Source of the DNA: Chitinophagaceae bacterium
GTDB lineage: Bacteria; Bacteroidota; Bacteroidia; Chitinophagales; Chitinophagaceae
Length of the DNA stretch: 64,000 bases
Assembly: GCA_016699815.1 (NCBI GenBank)
Contig: CP065012.1
Location: 1,668,981-1,732,980, forward strand
Direction: 5' to 3'
Under the pieces are notes generated by a model, which was not told the origin of the DNA, did not search any database, and was given only the letters and a program-made list of their open reading frames with translations. Position numbers and translations under genes: made by a program. Of the stretch, positions 35,763 to 46,986 are shown in pieces (position 1 is the stretch's first letter; every line of letters begins with the position of its first letter).

Positions 35763-37994
35763 ATGGAAGTTACCGCCAAAATAGCGCCTTATACCCTCAA
35801 CGAAGAAGAGGAAAAAAAAGAAATTCTCCGGGAGTACAAGGCATTGCTACGGGTTTTAAAAGCCAAGCTAAAACCCGGCGATAAAGTATTGCTGCGCCGG
35901 GCTTTTGAAATGGCTGCCGAAGCCCATAAAACCATGAGGCGTAAAAGCGGCGAGCCTTACATTCTTCATCCCTTGGCCGTGGCAAAAATTTGTGTGGAAG
36001 AAATTGGCCTGGGCATTCGCAGTACCATTTGCGCTTTATTGCACGATACCGTAGAAGATACCGATATTACCCTGGAAGATGTAAAAAGAGAATTTGGAAT
36101 TGAAATTGCAAAAATTGTAGATGGCCTCACCAAAATTTCTACTGTTATGGATGCCAACAGCAGCCAGCAGGCAGAAAATTTTAAAAAAATACTTTTAACG
36201 CTTACCGATGACCCAAGGGTAATTTTAATAAAACTTGCCGACAGGTTGCACAACATGCGTACTCTGGATAGCATGAAAACCGAAAAGCAATTAAAAGTTT
36301 CGTCCGAAACCATTTACGTATACGCTCCGCTTGCTCATCGCATGGGTTTGTACAATATTAAAACCGAGTTAGAAGATTTGGCCATGAAATATCTTGAGCC
36401 GGACAGCTTTCGGTTTATTGCCAAAAAATTACAAGATACCAAAAGAGAACGCACCCGCTACATCAACGATTTTATTCGCCCTTTAAAAGCCAAGCTGGAA
36501 AAAACAGGTTTAAATTTTGAAATCTACGGCAGGCCCAAAAGCATACACTCCATTTGGAACAAAATAAAAAAGAAAGGCGTTGCCTTTGAAGAAGTGTATG
36601 ATTTATTTGCCATACGCATTATTGTAGATAGCACACCAGAAAAAGAAAAAGAAGAGTGCTGGAAAGTGTACAGCGTTATTACCGACGCCTACAACCCAAG
36701 CCCCGAAAGGCTTAGGGATTGGCTCAGCAACCCCAAGAGCAATGGTTACGAAGCCTTACATACAACCGTAATGGGCCCGCAGGGAAAATGGGTAGAAGTG
36801 CAAATACGCACCAAACGCATGAACGAAATTGCCGAAAAAGGCCTGGCAGCACACTGGAAATACAAAGAAGGCACATCAGACGAAAACCGCTTCGACAAAT
36901 GGTTTGGACAAATAAGGGAAGCGCTATCCAATGAAGAAGACAGCTCCTTCGATTTTTTGCAGGATTTTAAAAGCTCCTTTCTTACCGAAGAAATTTATGT
37001 TTATACACCCAAAGGCGATGTAAAAATGTTGCCCGTTGGTGCATCTGCACTGGACTTTGCCTTTAGCGTACACACTGCCGTGGGCAGCCGTTGTATTGGT
37101 GCAAAGGTAAACCATAAACTGGTGCCTATAAGTTATAAACTACGCAGTGGCGACCAGATAGAAATTATTACCAGCGCTAAGCAAAAGCCCAACTCGGAAT
37201 GGCTGAACCTGGTGGTAACCAGCAAAGCCAAAACAAAAATTAAAGATTCTTTAAAAGAAGAAAAAAGAAAAATTGCCGAAGATGGCAAGGCTTTTTTACA
37301 GCGTAAGCTGGAAGCTATTGGCGCAGCAATGAACGCACAAAATTTTGATGAGCTTTGCATGTTTTATAAAGTAAACAGTTCGCTGGATTTAATGTATGAT
37401 ATTGCCATAAAAAAAATTGATTTAAAAGAGCTCAAAAGTTTTACCATACATGGCGATAAACTGGTACCTCCAAAACCGGTTGCGCCTAAAGAAGAAAAGC
37501 CGGAGTACGAGCCCAATAAAATTAACCCCAAAAAAGATACCGAACTTATTATTTTTGGCGAAAGCAGCGACCGCATAGTTTATTCCCTGGCCAATTGCTG
37601 CAAGCCCATTCCCGGCGATGATGTGTTTGGCTTTATAAGCACCGGCGAAGGCCTGAAAATACACCGTACCAATTGCCCCAATGCAGCAAGGCTTATGGCC
37701 AATTACGGCCACAGGGTGGTTAAAACCAAGTGGGCAAAAAATAAAGAAATATCCTTCCTCACTGGTTTAAAAATTGTAGGGCTTGATGATGTAGGCGTAA
37801 TTCATAAAATTACCAACCTCATAAGTGGCGAAATGAAATTTAATATTTCTGCCATGACTATTGAAGCCAACGACGGTATTTTTGAAGGCAACCTGAAAAT
37901 TTATGTGCATGATAAAGAAGAGCTGGACCTGCTGGTGGAAAGGATACATGCACTACCCGGCATAGAAAGTGTGGATCGCTACGATGCAGAGTAA
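35763..37994 (+). CDS. relA: Bifunctional (p)ppGpp synthetase/hydrolase (long RSH)
   Basis: RKSGEPYILHP, intact HDTVED hydrolase motif, KLADRLHNMRT, GRPKS, EVQIRT, TGS, zinc-like CCKPIPGD and ACT domains. Confidence 0.95.
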   Translation: MEVTAKIAPYTLNEEEEKKEILREYKALLRVLKAKLKPGDKVLLRRAFEMAAEAHKTMRRKSGEPYILHPLAVAKICVEEIGLGIRSTICALLHDTVEDTDITLEDVKREFGIEIAKIVDGLTKISTVMDANSSQQAENFKKILLTLTDDPRVILIKLADRLHNMRTLDSMKTEKQLKVSSETIYVYAPLAHRMGLYNIKTELEDLAMKYLEPDSFRFIAKKLQDTKRERTRYINDFIRPLKAKLEKTGLNFEIYGRPKSIHSIWNKIKKKGVAFEEVYDLFAIRIIVDSTPEKEKEECWKVYSVITDAYNPSPERLRDWLSNPKSNGYEALHTTVMGPQGKWVEVQIRTKRMNEIAEKGLAAHWKYKEGTSDENRFDKWFGQIREALSNEEDSSFDFLQDFKSSFLTEEIYVYTPKGDVKMLPVGASALDFAFSVHTAVGSRCIGAKVNHKLVPISYKLRSGDQIEIITSAKQKPNSEWLNLVVTSKAKTKIKDSLKEEKRKIAEDGKAFLQRKLEAIGAAMNAQNFDELCMFYKVNSSLDLMYDIAIKKIDLKELKSFTIHGDKLVPPKPVAPKEEKPEYEPNKINPKKDTELIIFGESSDRIVYSLANCCKPIPGDDVFGFISTGEGLKIHRTNCPNAARLMANYGHRVVKTKWAKNKEISFLTGLKIVGLDDVGVIHKITNLISGEMKFNISAMTIEANDGIFEGNLKIYVHDKEELDLLVERIHALPGIESVDRYDAE

Positions 37995-38058
37995 TTTTTA
38001 CGATACTGCTTTTAAATTCAGAAATTATTTTGATACAACGCTAAACGCTTATTTTTTT

Positions 38059-38232
38059 ATGAAAGAACTTATAGACAGGATAATGGCCAATGCTCAAATT
38101 ACCGGGCCGCAGGCCGAAAAAGCGCTGGAAACCGTAAAAGATTTTGTGAAAGAAAAATTTCCCATGATGGCTGGCGCTGTAGATAATTTATTTGATCAGG
38201 CGGCAAAAAAGGAAGATGATTTTATGGAATAA
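38059..38232 (+). CDS. Small helical hypothetical protein (57 aa)
   Basis: MKELIDRIMANAQITGPQAEKALETVKDFVKEKFPMMAGAVDNLFDQ...; amphipathic pattern, followed directly by a terminator. Confidence 0.65.
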   Translation: MKELIDRIMANAQITGPQAEKALETVKDFVKEKFPMMAGAVDNLFDQAAKKEDDFME

Positions 38233-38234
38233 AA

Positions 38235-38261
38235 AAAGGCAACCTTATTTCGGTTGCCTTT
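38235..38261. terminator. Bidirectional intrinsic terminator
   Basis: AAAGGCAACC-ttatttc-GGTTGCCTTT between convergent genes. Confidence 0.7.
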
Positions 38262-38280
38262 AAGATATTTTCATTTACGC

Positions 38281-41200
38281 TTACCTTATTATCAGTTTTT
38301 CCGTAAGTGTTTGTTTGCCGTTGGCAATGCTTAAAGTATAAACGCCATTGGCAATACCGTGTATATTTAAGCGGCTTGCGCTGCCTGTTGACAGGTTTTG
38401 GCTTTTCCAGGTTTTCACTAGTGCTCCTTTTGCATCAAACAGGTTAATATTTGCCTTGCTATTCATACCGCTTACAAAAACGGCAATTACGTCGCTTGCA
38501 GGATTGGGGCTAATGCTTATAAATATATTGCCCTTACCTTTAATTTTTGCCTGGCGTACATCCGATAATTTTTCATTGTTGTCAATATCTTTTTGCCTTA
38601 GGCGATAATAATAGATAACATCTGGCTCAACATAATTATCGGTGTAAGTATAGTGGGAAATAATGTTGCTGTTCATTTTTCCATTGATCCATGAAATAGG
38701 TTCAAATTGGTTTCCGTCTATGCTTCTTTCTACAAAAAAACCTTTGTTATTGTTTTCAATTGAAGTGCTCCAGTTAAGAACAATATTTTTATTATTGGAC
38801 AACGCATCAAAGTTGAGTATGGCAACAGGCACTACGGAGGTTTGATAAACCAGCAAAAATTGAGAAAAGCCGCCGGTAAAATCCCCGCTAAAAGAAGCAT
38901 ATCCTTTTGTTGCCCGCTGATCGTCTATTACTGCATTTACCACTTCAGCATCGGCACTGTTGATGAGGCCGCCAAGGTTTATGCCGTTTTTAACTTTCAT
39001 TAATTTAAGGTTTGCAAAATTTGCGCCCCATATGGCAAGTTCGGCGGTAGTATAATATAGCGTTACATTATAGCTTGCGGTTGTATTGGCAATGGCAGGC
39101 GAAATATTTACTACTTTTTCGCTGCGGAGGTAAGTAGCTGCTGTGCTGCTAAGTGAAATATTTGTGTTGCCGGCCTGTGTAATAGTTGCAGTAAGGCAAC
39201 CAGGCGATACAGATGGGTTGCTCAATTTAGCAATTACCTGGCCATCGTTGCTGCTGTAAAAATTACTGCTGCCCGATGTAGATAAAATATTTTCTGTAGC
39301 TGCATGGTTCAACTGGCTTTCTACTGTTACATTTTTTCCGGTAACAACAACATCATCTATTGCAAATGGCGGTTGGTTGGCAACGCTATTATCCGAAATC
39401 CATCGGAACATTAACCTTAAATTACTGGTTCCAATTGTTCCGGCAGGTAAATTGATATTTAAAGTAGTTGAGCTGGTTATTCCCTGCAGGTAAACATCGT
39501 TATTCAATACTGTAAGTACAGAATAATTAGTGCCGTTGAGTGTATAATAAACCAATCCAAAATCATAAAAAGTGCCGCTGTCTATTTCTCCATTACTCAC
39601 CAGCTTAAGAGATACGGAAATATCTTTTAGCCCGGCTGCATTCAGTAAAGGGGTAACTGCCCTTGCATCAGTACCTGTTGCAGTACTGGAATAGGCCATT
39701 GCAGCCGTGCCATTTGTTACTGCAGTGGAATTGCCATTGGAAATATGCAAAGTGTTGCCACTAAATCCATAAGTGCCTGCACCGGTATTATTGCCTACCC
39801 ATTTATTGGTAGTGGATGTACCAGCAGCATTGCTGGTAACCCATCCTGCTGGTACCTGGTTGCTGCCGGTAGTGATGCCAAAATTTTCTGAAAGCAATGT
39901 TACGGTTGGCATTGTATTGTTAATGCTATAATTAAAATCATCATCGGTAATGGTTATCGTATATTGGTTTGCAGAGCCGCAGGCTATTGATTGCTGCACA
40001 CCTGTGCCGGAAATATTAAAAGCTAACTGTATGGTTTCGGCGCTTTCTATAATAGCATCGTCATAAATCCTTAGCGTAAATACTTTATCGGTTGCATCTC
40101 CATTGGTATAGGTTACCGATGAAGGCGTAATAGTATAATCAGTAATTTCGGTTGCCGATCCTGTTTTTGAAAGGCTAAGTGTTGCGTTTCCATTTGCTGT
40201 AGATTCTACACCTACTGTAATAGGATATTCTTTGTATCTCGGGCAAGCGCCACTTGCTGTTTCGGAAACGGTTGTTTGCCCCGGCTTAAAGAAAATGCGG
40301 TTAAGCATTGGGGAAACCCCCGTAGTGGAAGAAGGCAATTCTTTTCTGCGTGGGCTGTTGAGCATTACTACCTGGCAGCGCTCCGATTGATTTAAGGTAA
40401 AAGTATTGAGGCAAATATCATTACTGTAATCCATGTAGTTTTCAAACATTTTTGGTACAGATGGAGTACAGCCATTTGCCGTTCCGGGAGCAGGGCAGCC
40501 GCTGGTTAATGCGTTTTGCGGAGGTGTATCGGTACAATAATCATTGCCGCAATTTGCGTCCCCTGTAATATGGCGAAGGCCAAAAAAATGGCCCAGTTCA
40601 TGGGTGAGTGTGCGGCCATACTGGTATGGTGATGCCGTGCCGGGATTAGATAAACTGCCTACGCTTCCACTCATTACTACTACGCCTGCTGTTTGATCGG
40701 TTTCACTATTGCCAAGGCCTGGCAATGTACTCATTGCCGGAAATGTTGCATAACCCAATAATCCGCTGCCCGAAAAATCGGCCAGCCAAATATTTACATA
40801 CCGGTAAGGGTCCCAATAGCTTTGTGGTTTTACTACATTATCAAAATGCGTCATTACTGCATTCATACTGCTAAGCCCAGATGGGTTCTGCCAGCCGGAC
40901 TGGCTCCTCCAGTTTATTCTTACAATACCGGGCTCGCAAAGTAAATTGCCCATTGGGTCCACTTTTGCCGCAACAAAACGAACGCCTAAGTCGGTAGCGC
41001 TTCCATAACCTGAACCGGAAAGATTGGCAAAATCTGCATTTAACTGCTGTATTTGTGCAGTTACTATTGCTTGTGTAAGATTTGCACCTGTGCCAATTGT
41101 GCTTTCGGTATTACCATCATAAATTACATGAAATATAATGGGTACAGAAAAAATGGTTGTAGGTGGGCCAAAATTATTGAGTTGTTTAAATTCGTTGATG

Positions 41201-41379
41201 AGCCTTTGCATTTCAGCTTCATAGGCCGCATCATTAAATCCACGGACACGGTTTTTTTCCATTTCGGCGCTAAAGCCACATTTATCTGCTGCGGCTACAA
41301 ATGGCGATTTTAAAACCTGTTGGGAAAATACATTAGATACAATAAAACCAAATAGAAAAAGGGTGTAAATTTTCTTCAT
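38281..41379 (-). CDS. T9SS-secreted M43 (pappalysin/ulilysin-like) zinc metalloprotease with Calx-beta-like and further beta domains
   Basis: Signal peptide, pro-region Cys (DKCGF), HELGHFFGLRH, Met-turn ENYMDYS; Calx-beta-like YDDAIIESAET; type A CTD ISPNPASD...GVYTLSI...TEKLIIR. Confidence 0.88.
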   Translation of the reverse strand: MKKIYTLFLFGFIVSNVFSQQVLKSPFVAAADKCGFSAEMEKNRVRGFNDAAYEAEMQRLINEFKQLNNFGPPTTIFSVPIIFHVIYDGNTESTIGTGANLTQAIVTAQIQQLNADFANLSGSGYGSATDLGVRFVAAKVDPMGNLLCEPGIVRINWRSQSGWQNPSGLSSMNAVMTHFDNVVKPQSYWDPYRYVNIWLADFSGSGLLGYATFPAMSTLPGLGNSETDQTAGVVVMSGSVGSLSNPGTASPYQYGRTLTHELGHFFGLRHITGDANCGNDYCTDTPPQNALTSGCPAPGTANGCTPSVPKMFENYMDYSNDICLNTFTLNQSERCQVVMLNSPRRKELPSSTTGVSPMLNRIFFKPGQTTVSETASGACPRYKEYPITVGVESTANGNATLSLSKTGSATEITDYTITPSSVTYTNGDATDKVFTLRIYDDAIIESAETIQLAFNISGTGVQQSIACGSANQYTITITDDDFNYSINNTMPTVTLLSENFGITTGSNQVPAGWVTSNAAGTSTTNKWVGNNTGAGTYGFSGNTLHISNGNSTAVTNGTAAMAYSSTATGTDARAVTPLLNAAGLKDISVSLKLVSNGEIDSGTFYDFGLVYYTLNGTNYSVLTVLNNDVYLQGITSSTTLNINLPAGTIGTSNLRLMFRWISDNSVANQPPFAIDDVVVTGKNVTVESQLNHAATENILSTSGSSNFYSSNDGQVIAKLSNPSVSPGCLTATITQAGNTNISLSSTAATYLRSEKVVNISPAIANTTASYNVTLYYTTAELAIWGANFANLKLMKVKNGINLGGLINSADAEVVNAVIDDQRATKGYASFSGDFTGGFSQFLLVYQTSVVPVAILNFDALSNNKNIVLNWSTSIENNNKGFFVERSIDGNQFEPISWINGKMNSNIISHYTYTDNYVEPDVIYYYRLRQKDIDNNEKLSDVRQAKIKGKGNIFISISPNPASDVIAVFVSGMNSKANINLFDAKGALVKTWKSQNLSTGSASRLNIHGIANGVYTLSIANGKQTLTEKLIIR

Positions 41380-41488
41380 GCTTGTAACTTTAGGTTATGC
41401 TTATTAAAACCCTATCCTGCAATGGGTGCAGTACAGGGGTTTATTAATGTAAATATAATTGTAAAAATAGTAAAAGTAAAACCTGGCT

Positions 41489-42805
<1,317 letters not shown>

Positions 42806-42806
42806 T

Positions 42807-42814
42807 CAAAAATA
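42807..42814 (-). promoter_or_regulatory. -7 promoter element (TATTTTTG) of eno
   Basis: Exact TAnnTTTG. It abuts the ORF-track ATG at 42805, supporting the downstream start at 42778. Confidence 0.55.
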
Positions 42815-42928
42815 CTATTTTCGCCCTTACGTCCGATTCAATCTGTTGATTTTTTCTCCTTATACCTGTCAAACCACTTAGTAATCCAATATTTTAATGT
42901 TTTATTAAAAATTTAATTCGCATTTTTT

Positions 42929-44485
42929 ATGCAAAGATTTAGTTATGTTATTCTGTGTGCCTTTTTTCTTACAACAATGCACACTGCCCTTGCTCAAAAC
43001 AATGTAGGTGTTGGAACCAATTCCCCAGATATTTCTGCGGCACTTGACGTTTCCAGTACAGATAAAGGGTTGCTTCCGCCAAGGCTCTCTACAGCTCAGC
43101 GTAATGCAATGCCCAATAAAACAGCGGGATTATTAATTTATAATACCAGTGTATCCTGCCTGGAAATGTACAATGGCTCGGCATGGATAAACCTGTGTAC
43201 CGGCGGCCCTTCAAGTATTGTAACAAAATCTTTGCTTGGTGGCAACCAGGAAGACAGAGGCTATTCTGTTCAGCAGCTTGCCGATGGTGGTTTTATTATT
43301 GGCGCTACCACAAGCTCCTCTGCAAATGGGGATGTAACCCCGGGCAACCATGGCGGTTACGACTGCTGGGTTATAAGGCTCGATGCTAGCGCTAATATTT
43401 TATGGAACCGGGTATTGGGCGGTGTTGGCGACGAACAACTTGCCGAACTGAGGCCTACTGCCGATGGTGGATTTGTTTTTTGCGCTAGCTCTACTTCCAG
43501 CGCTAATGGAGATGTAACTGAGGCTACAAAAGGCTTAACAGATTATTGGATAGTAAAATTAGATGCTTCGGGAAATATAGTTTGGAACAGGTTGCTGGGT
43601 GGCGACCAGGATGATATCCCTACTTCTATAAATGAAAATGCAGGGGGAACAATAGTTGTGGCTGGCAGCTCAGAATCTTCCGGCACAGGTAATGTTACCG
43701 AAACCAATCATGGCTTAACCGATTTTTGGATTGTAAAACTCAATTCAACCGGTAGTACTATTACTTTCAACCGCTTGCTGGGCGGAAATGGGGAAGAAAG
43801 GGCTTTTAGCATAAAAGAAGTAACCAGCGATAATGGTTATGTAGTTGCCGGATACAGTACTTCAAGCGCCAATGGAAATGTAAGTGGGGTTTTAAACGGC
43901 CTTTCAGATTTTTGGGTACTTAAACTTACTTCAGCCGGAACCCTTAGCTGGAACAGACTTGTAGGCGGTAATGCAGAAGAGTATGCTTATTCACTCGTTA
44001 CGGTTTCTGATGGAAGTCTCATTGTAGGAGAAACAAATTCTACAGGCGGCGGAAATATTTCCGGTTCATCCAATGGCGGTTCCGATTATCTTATTGCTAA
44101 ATTAAGCACTACCGGAACCGTTTCCTGGACTTCAATAAAAGGCGGAACCGATGATGATATTGCATGGTCGGTTGTGCAAACCGGAACCGATTATGTTATT
44201 GCCGGCCAATCATTATCATCTGCTTCTGGCGATGTAACCGAAGCCACACATGGCGCAACAGATTCCTGGTTGATAAAAATAAACAGTACCGGCACGCTGC
44301 TTTGGAATAAGTTATTGGGTGGTTCGGGAGATGATGTTAGCTATGATGTAAGGCCAACCTCCGACGGTGGATTTGTACTAACAGGTTACACCAACAGCTC
44401 CAACAACGGAAATGTTTTTGGCGTAAACCATGGCGGCGACGATGTGTGGTTGTACCGGTTGGATGGCAGCGGCAATATTCAATAA
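42929..44485 (+). CDS. Secreted protein with Bacteroidota VGIGT-type N-terminal module and seven ~60-aa repeats (7-bladed beta-propeller)
   Basis: Signal peptide; NVGVGTNSPDISAALDVSSTDKGLLPPRL...GLLIYNT; seven LLGGxxDD...GDVTxxNHGxxDxWxxKL repeats. Confidence 0.8.
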   Translation: MQRFSYVILCAFFLTTMHTALAQNNVGVGTNSPDISAALDVSSTDKGLLPPRLSTAQRNAMPNKTAGLLIYNTSVSCLEMYNGSAWINLCTGGPSSIVTKSLLGGNQEDRGYSVQQLADGGFIIGATTSSSANGDVTPGNHGGYDCWVIRLDASANILWNRVLGGVGDEQLAELRPTADGGFVFCASSTSSANGDVTEATKGLTDYWIVKLDASGNIVWNRLLGGDQDDIPTSINENAGGTIVVAGSSESSGTGNVTETNHGLTDFWIVKLNSTGSTITFNRLLGGNGEERAFSIKEVTSDNGYVVAGYSTSSANGNVSGVLNGLSDFWVLKLTSAGTLSWNRLVGGNAEEYAYSLVTVSDGSLIVGETNSTGGGNISGSSNGGSDYLIAKLSTTGTVSWTSIKGGTDDDIAWSVVQTGTDYVIAGQSLSSASGDVTEATHGATDSWLIKINSTGTLLWNKLLGGSGDDVSYDVRPTSDGGFVLTGYTNSSNNGNVFGVNHGGDDVWLYRLDGSGNIQ

Positions 44486-44511
44486 AAAACAGGAGTTACC
44501 ATTTTATATTT

Positions 44512-44540
44512 AAGGTTTGCACTTTGTGCAAGCCTTTTTT
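44512..44540 (+). terminator. Intrinsic terminator
   Basis: AAGGTTTGCAC-ttt-GTGCAAGCCTT followed by TTTT. Confidence 0.65.
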
Positions 44541-44608
44541 ATTTTTTAAAACCTAAGCTTCTTAATTTCGTGCTGGAATATTAATATGTTTGTTCAACAA
44601 TACATCTC

Positions 44609-45916
44609 ATGGGAATATTTGAAGTAAGAGGAGGAAAATCCCTGTCGGGAGAAATTACCCCGCAGGGCGCAAAAAACGAAGCTTTGCAAATCATAAGCGC
44701 AGTATTGCTTACCGATGAAGAGGTAATCATAAAAAACATACCCGATATAATTGACGTAAATCTTCAAATAGAATTACTTGCAGAAATGCAGGTAAAAATA
44801 AACCGTATAGACCGGCATACCTGCAGCTTTAAAGCTGATGACGTAAATGTAGCATACCTCAGCAGCAAAGAGTTTCATAAAAAAAGTTCAAGGTTGCGTG
44901 GCTCTGTAATGCTTGCCGGGCCGCTGCTTGCAAGATTTAAAAAAGCATTTTTACCAAAACCCGGCGGCGATAAAATTGGCCGTCGAAGGCTGGATACTCA
45001 TATTATTGGTTTTGAAAAATTAAATGCAAACTTTTCGTATAAAGAAGGCGAAGGTTACTTTACTTTACAAACTCCCGGGCTTAAAGGAACTTATATGTTG
45101 CTGGATGAACCCAGCGTAACCGGAACTGCAAACATACTTATGGCGGCGGTAATGGCCGAAGGCGCCACAACAATTTACAACGCAGCCTGTGAACCCTACC
45201 TGCAGCAACTTTGCAAAATGCTCAGCCGCATGGGCGCTAAAATTGAAGGCATTGGCAGCAATATGCTCATTATAAATGGCGTAGAAAAATTAAAGGGCAC
45301 CGAGCATACTTTACTAGCCGATATGATTGAAGTGGGCAGTTTTATTGGCCTTGCCGCAATGACGCAAAGCGATATTACCATTAAAAATGCCGGCGTAAAA
45401 GAGCTGGGCATTATTCCCGAAAAATTCCGGCAACTGGGCATTACCATGCATTTTAAAGGCGATGATATTCATGTGCCTGCTCAGGAAATTTATGAAATAC
45501 AAAAATACCTTGATGGCGGTGTACTTACTATTTACGACCATCCCTGGCCGGGCTTTACACCCGATTTGCTGAGCATTGTATTAGTAACTGCTATACAGGC
45601 AAGAGGTAGTGTACTCATCCATCAAAAAATGTTTGAAAGCCGCTTGTTCTTTACCGATAAATTGATAGAAATGGGCGCACAAATTATATTATGCGATCCG
45701 CACAGGGCTGTGGTAATAGGCCTGGAAAGAGAAACAAAACTTCGTGGCATTACCATGAGCAGCCCCGATATAAGGGCTGGCGTGGCCTTGCTTATTGCAG
45801 CGCTTAGTGCACAAGGCAAAAGCACTATTCAAAATATAGAACAAATAGACCGTGGCTACCAAAATATTGATGAGCGCCTGAAAAAACTGGGTGCGGATAT
45901 TGTGCGGAAGGGTTAG
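44609..45916 (+). CDS. murA: UDP-N-acetylglucosamine 1-carboxyvinyltransferase (Asp-type active site)
   Basis: GAKNEAL, LRGSVMLAGPLL, PGGDKIGRR, SVTGTANI, WPGFTPD, DIRAGVAL, IDRGY. Confidence 0.97.
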   Translation: MGIFEVRGGKSLSGEITPQGAKNEALQIISAVLLTDEEVIIKNIPDIIDVNLQIELLAEMQVKINRIDRHTCSFKADDVNVAYLSSKEFHKKSSRLRGSVMLAGPLLARFKKAFLPKPGGDKIGRRRLDTHIIGFEKLNANFSYKEGEGYFTLQTPGLKGTYMLLDEPSVTGTANILMAAVMAEGATTIYNAACEPYLQQLCKMLSRMGAKIEGIGSNMLIINGVEKLKGTEHTLLADMIEVGSFIGLAAMTQSDITIKNAGVKELGIIPEKFRQLGITMHFKGDDIHVPAQEIYEIQKYLDGGVLTIYDHPWPGFTPDLLSIVLVTAIQARGSVLIHQKMFESRLFFTDKLIEMGAQIILCDPHRAVVIGLERETKLRGITMSSPDIRAGVALLIAALSAQGKSTIQNIEQIDRGYQNIDERLKKLGADIVRKG

Positions 45917-45921
45917 TGTTT

Positions 45922-46653
45922 TTAAAAAATCTCTTCCAATTGCTGCAAATGAGTTACAGTATAGGTGGGGTTAAAGGTAACCACTGCATTAACATGGTTT
46001 ACAAAAACGGCATCTAATCCTGCGTTTAATGCGCCTTTAATATCGGTTTCCAAATTATCGCCAATCATTATACTTTCTTTATAATTAGCGCCTGCAGATT
46101 GCAAGGCAAAATCAAAAATTTCTTTATTGGGCTTTATGCTGTTGCTTGCTTCGGAGGTAATTACTTTGGTAAAATATTTATTGAGGCCGCTGTTGTTGAG
46201 TTTTCGCCATTGGGTTTTTTCAAAACCATTGGTGATTAAATGAAGTTGGTAATTTTTTTGTTGCAGGTAAGCTAATATTTCAAAAGTGTGCGGAAAAACA
46301 TTTTTCTGGCCTGGTAAAATGTCTAAAAAACTTTCGCTCAGTTTTCTTGCCAGGGGTTCATCGGCTATTTTAAAATCCAAAAGTGTGCGCCACATTCTTT
46401 TCCATTTGAGTTCATCGGCGGCAATAAGGCCTTTTTCATATTTTTCCCAAAGTGCAGCATTGTGTACCAGGTATTGGCGGTGAAAATTGGGAAAAGCGGC
46501 AACTTTTTCCAACGCATAAGTTTCATAAACTTCCTCCATGGTAAGCCTTGCATTGGTTTCAAAATCCCATAAGGTATGATCTAAATCAAAAAAAAGGTGC
46601 CTGTATTTCAATGTTTTGGAATTAAAAGAAGGCAAAGTTAGCGTAAACGCCAT
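45922..46653 (-). CDS. yjjG: YjjG-family HAD pyrimidine nucleotidase
   Basis: FFDLDHTLWDFE, ITNGF, KPNKEIF, MIGDNLETDIKGA. Confidence 0.9.
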   Translation of the reverse strand: MAFTLTLPSFNSKTLKYRHLFFDLDHTLWDFETNARLTMEEVYETYALEKVAAFPNFHRQYLVHNAALWEKYEKGLIAADELKWKRMWRTLLDFKIADEPLARKLSESFLDILPGQKNVFPHTFEILAYLQQKNYQLHLITNGFEKTQWRKLNNSGLNKYFTKVITSEASNSIKPNKEIFDFALQSAGANYKESIMIGDNLETDIKGALNAGLDAVFVNHVNAVVTFNPTYTVTHLQQLEEIF

Positions 46654-46780
46654 TCACATTGGTTTTTGAGGCCGAAAACCAGTGGTAATTATTTTTATTA
46701 ATTTAACAAAAATCATTTCTTTTTTGCAGGTGATTGGGTATATTTGGGCATTGTACAATACAAAAAATTATTTTTAAAAA

Positions 46781-46966
46781 ATGAAAAAAGTATTTTTATT
46801 AGCCGCAGCCTTTTTTATGGTAACGGGTGTTGCCCTTGCAGATAAAGGTAAAAAGAAAAAATGCGCAAAAGGTAAATCCTGCTGCAGCAAAATGAGCAAA
46901 GCAGAAAAAAAGGATTGCAAAAAAAGTTGCCATGGCGATAAAGAAGAAAAGACCGTAAAGCTTTAA
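46781..46966 (+). CDS. Small secreted Lys/Cys-rich protein (61 aa)
   Basis: 20-aa signal peptide ending ALA; 41-aa mature part with 16 Lys and 5 Cys; own terminator. Confidence 0.7.
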   Translation: MKKVFLLAAAFFMVTGVALADKGKKKKCAKGKSCCSKMSKAEKKDCKKSCHGDKEEKTVKL

Positions 46967-46986
46967 TTCTTTAAAAATTTATTTAC

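Noticed and set aside
42929-44485. Nucleotide-level periodicity as a CRISPR or repeat element
   Set aside because: The repeats are degenerate, in frame and about 180 nt, fully explained by propeller blades. No CRISPR array or cas gene was seen in the window.
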